Assembly (NCBI GenBank): GCA_034780895.1
Contig: JAUZTB010000076.1
Span: forward strand, 56,383,706-56,447,705
Direction of reading: 5' to 3'
Source of the DNA: Rhynchobatus australiae
Taxonomy: Eukaryota
Length of the DNA: 64,000 bases
The translations under genes and the position numbers were made by a program. Positions 61,665 to 64,000 of the stretch are shown piece after piece; positions within the stretch are counted from its first letter, which is position 1, and each line of letters begins with the position of its first letter. The notes below the pieces were generated by a model. It was not told where the DNA came from, did not search any database, and saw only the letters and a program-made list of their open reading frames with translations.

Positions 61665-62334
61665 AGGAAATAATTTTGGAATGGGGGTCTTTGTTCATNN
61701 NNNNNNNNCATTGTCAAGCAGAATAGCTGTCAGGGCTTTACAGCAGTCAGTCTCTTGACTGCTATTCCCTGGAAAGTGAACAAGCATTAACACTAAGGAT
61801 GGAACTACTAAGGATGGAAGGATGAACCACCTGAGACGGTGATTCACAACAGGTATCCAGGAATGACTAGCATCTCATTTTCCAATGTAAGTCATCACTT
61901 TCAAAAATAGCACCCTCGCAAGAAGCAGTGAATGCAATAAGCTTAGAATGGTTGATGGAAAATTGGATGCATCAGTATTGGAGATGTTGAAGTCTGTCTG
62001 GAAAAGTGAGACGAGCGATTTTTCTCTGTATTTAGCTTTAAAGCGAAGAACGAGTGGAAGATTTAAGTAACAGATGACATAGGGTTGCAATTAATGACTG
62101 TACGTAAATATGGGTGTAGCATTAAATAAATCTGCATGTTCTATTGCTAATCAAGTCTGGCCAATCATGAGTCAACCTTTTTGCCTCCCCACATCATTGT
62201 TGAGGGTATCTTTGGAGCTAGCTACAACTATTGTTCTTGCTCAGTTTGGCTAACCCAGCACAGACCAGGGTAAGGACAATGTTTCCAACATGGATGAATC
62301 CAAAACTATGATTCATAGATAAGAGATATTGTAA

Positions 62335-62590
62335 TAAATCCAAAAAGGAATTCAGAAGAATATTTTATTCACCAGGGAGTGGTTGAAATATGGAAATTGT
62401 GACCATAACGGGTCATTGAGGTGAATATGGAAAAATGATAGGAAGTTAGGTAAACGTGAGAAAGGAAGGAATAGAAAGTTATGTTGATGAGGTTGGAGGA
62501 AAGAGGTGGATGAGTCCTACGTGGAGCACAAAGACTGGCATGGACAAACTGGGCAAAATGGCTTGTGTCTGTGCTATAAGGTTCTTTGTG
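62335..62590 (+). mobile_element. CR1-type 3' end fragment
   Basis: tttattcaccagggagtggttgaaatatggaa...ggcatggacaaactgggcaaaatggcttgtgtctgtgcta. Confidence 0.65.
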
Positions 62591-63689
62591 AAAAGAACAT
62601 CTGAGCAACTCTGGGTCTGAAGAGCACAGTAGTCACAAACAGGACATTTGCTGTCTAAGCCATCACAGGAACAAAATCAGCTTACTATTAAATTTGCTTG
62701 ATTTTAATTTATAAGTTATTTCCTGTCTAGTGCATATTAGTATCACAAGCTGCCTTGTCTGGTGTAAAAAAAATACTTTTTATATAAATATATATTTTTA
62801 TTTTAATTAAGCAGATAGTATTGCCTGAGCTATCTATCAACCATTCATCACTTTATCTTCTGACCCATCTATCATCTAATTTATTAATCTGCTATCCGTC
62901 CTTCCATTTTAAAACGTTGTGAAATTTATTATTTTACCAGTCCAGGGACTCTTAATAGAATATCCTTTATCTGGTACAATTCTAACATCCATCAGGCATT
63001 TCTTTGAACAATCAAATTGTGGAGATTTGTTATAGAATTGTACCTGAGCATAAGCTCGAGACAATTTACTGAAGAGAAAAGCACAAAAAAAACAAAAGGC
63101 ATTCAGCCATGAAACATAGAGATGATAAACTTGCAGACTTATACAGATATTCTGAAGGTTAATACTGCTTCTCTTGTTCTTATTGCTATTATAGTTTAGT
63201 TATAGGTGAGCTTTGACCATGCTTTTAACTGATAACATATTACTCCACTTTGCAAAGCTGAAAATACTAAGTAGTATATGGTCTTCAAAATAAATAAGGA
63301 AAAGGTTTATACTTACTGAATTGATCAGCCAAAACACATTCAGAGGTGGTTCCTAAAATATAGTTCACAATTTGCATCAATGTGTATGTTTCCTTCAACG
63401 AGAAACTGGTCTTGCTGAGACTGAAAACATGTAGTGCATTAAAACCAGGACTCTCACAGCAAGAAGGTACTGTGAATAAGAGAGTCTGATACCAAGTGTT
63501 AGTAAAAAGGAAGACCCCACAATCAAGATAGCATTCTGATGGAATATAATAATTGTAAGATAGAACTGGCCACATCCATTTATACTGTTTCATAGATTGA
63601 AAGAATTGAGTAACTTAGTCATTTCCTGTTAGCTTTTAGGATCTTGTTTACCCTTGTCCTCAGGAACAAGAGCTAAGATTTTATAAGTA

Positions 63690-63995
63690 TTTTGTTAAAT
63701 ATTATTTTCCCTCTCCACACAGATGTAGTTGTACCTCTCTGTACAATTTCATTTTTATTTCTTTCCCCAGTTGCTGATTTTGAAAGTAATTGTTATTGTG
63801 ACAACTTTGGTCTGTACCCTATTACAGACATTCCCTCTGTTCTCCAACCCTACCCCTCTCTGCAATTCTTTGTGCTTGTCTTCTCATTCCTCCAGTTCGG
63901 ATAAAGGCTCTTGACCTGAAACATTGACTCTGTTTCCTTCCCCATTGATGCTGCCTGACCTGCTGTGTCCTTCTGTCATTTATTGTTTTTGTTTA
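63690..63995 (+). mobile_element. PLE 3' region remnant
   Basis: tccagttcggataaaggctcttgacctgaaacattgactctgtttcc...gatgctgcctgacctgctg; homologous to 39700-39905. Confidence 0.75.
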
Positions 63996-64000
63996 CAAGC

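Larger units (their letters stand above)
7679..64000 (+). other. ACBD6: Large ACBD6 intron, probably extending past the window end
   Basis: GT donor at 7679. A by-eye scan found no acceptor-flanked match to the expected next exon (about 31 nt, DNEGQTALHY). The exon could be hidden in an N gap. Confidence 0.7.

Overview
AT-rich, gap-containing vertebrate genomic DNA. The repeat set (V-domain SINEs, Deu-domain SINEs, CR1 with esterase ORF1, RTE, Rex1/Babar, many Penelope-like remnants) points to a cartilaginous fish; this is inference. The window lies inside ACBD6 on the + strand. Two ankyrin-repeat exons are clear (4608-4713 and 7589-7678). I did not find the next short exon (DNEGQTALHY-like), so the remaining ~56 kb is probably one large intron. 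That intron holds a decayed near-full-length CR1 with three nested insertions, an old RTE copy with an inverted endonuclease segment, a short non-autonomous RTE derivative with a structured 5' end, a Tigger-type MITE, and about 17 Penelope-derived pieces with minimal hammerhead-ribozyme-like cores, often as inverted hairpins. Several repeat-free blocks are rich in homeodomain, PBX/MEIS and E-box motifs; they are candidate conserved enhancers, plausibly for LHX4, which neighbours ACBD6 in mammals. Nearly all ORF-track entries are spurious, span gaps or are TE fragments. I see no novel protein-coding system. The most interesting signals are the reproducible asymmetric inverted ends (35-nt tail) and hammerhead cores of the Penelope elements, and the candidate enhancer landscape.
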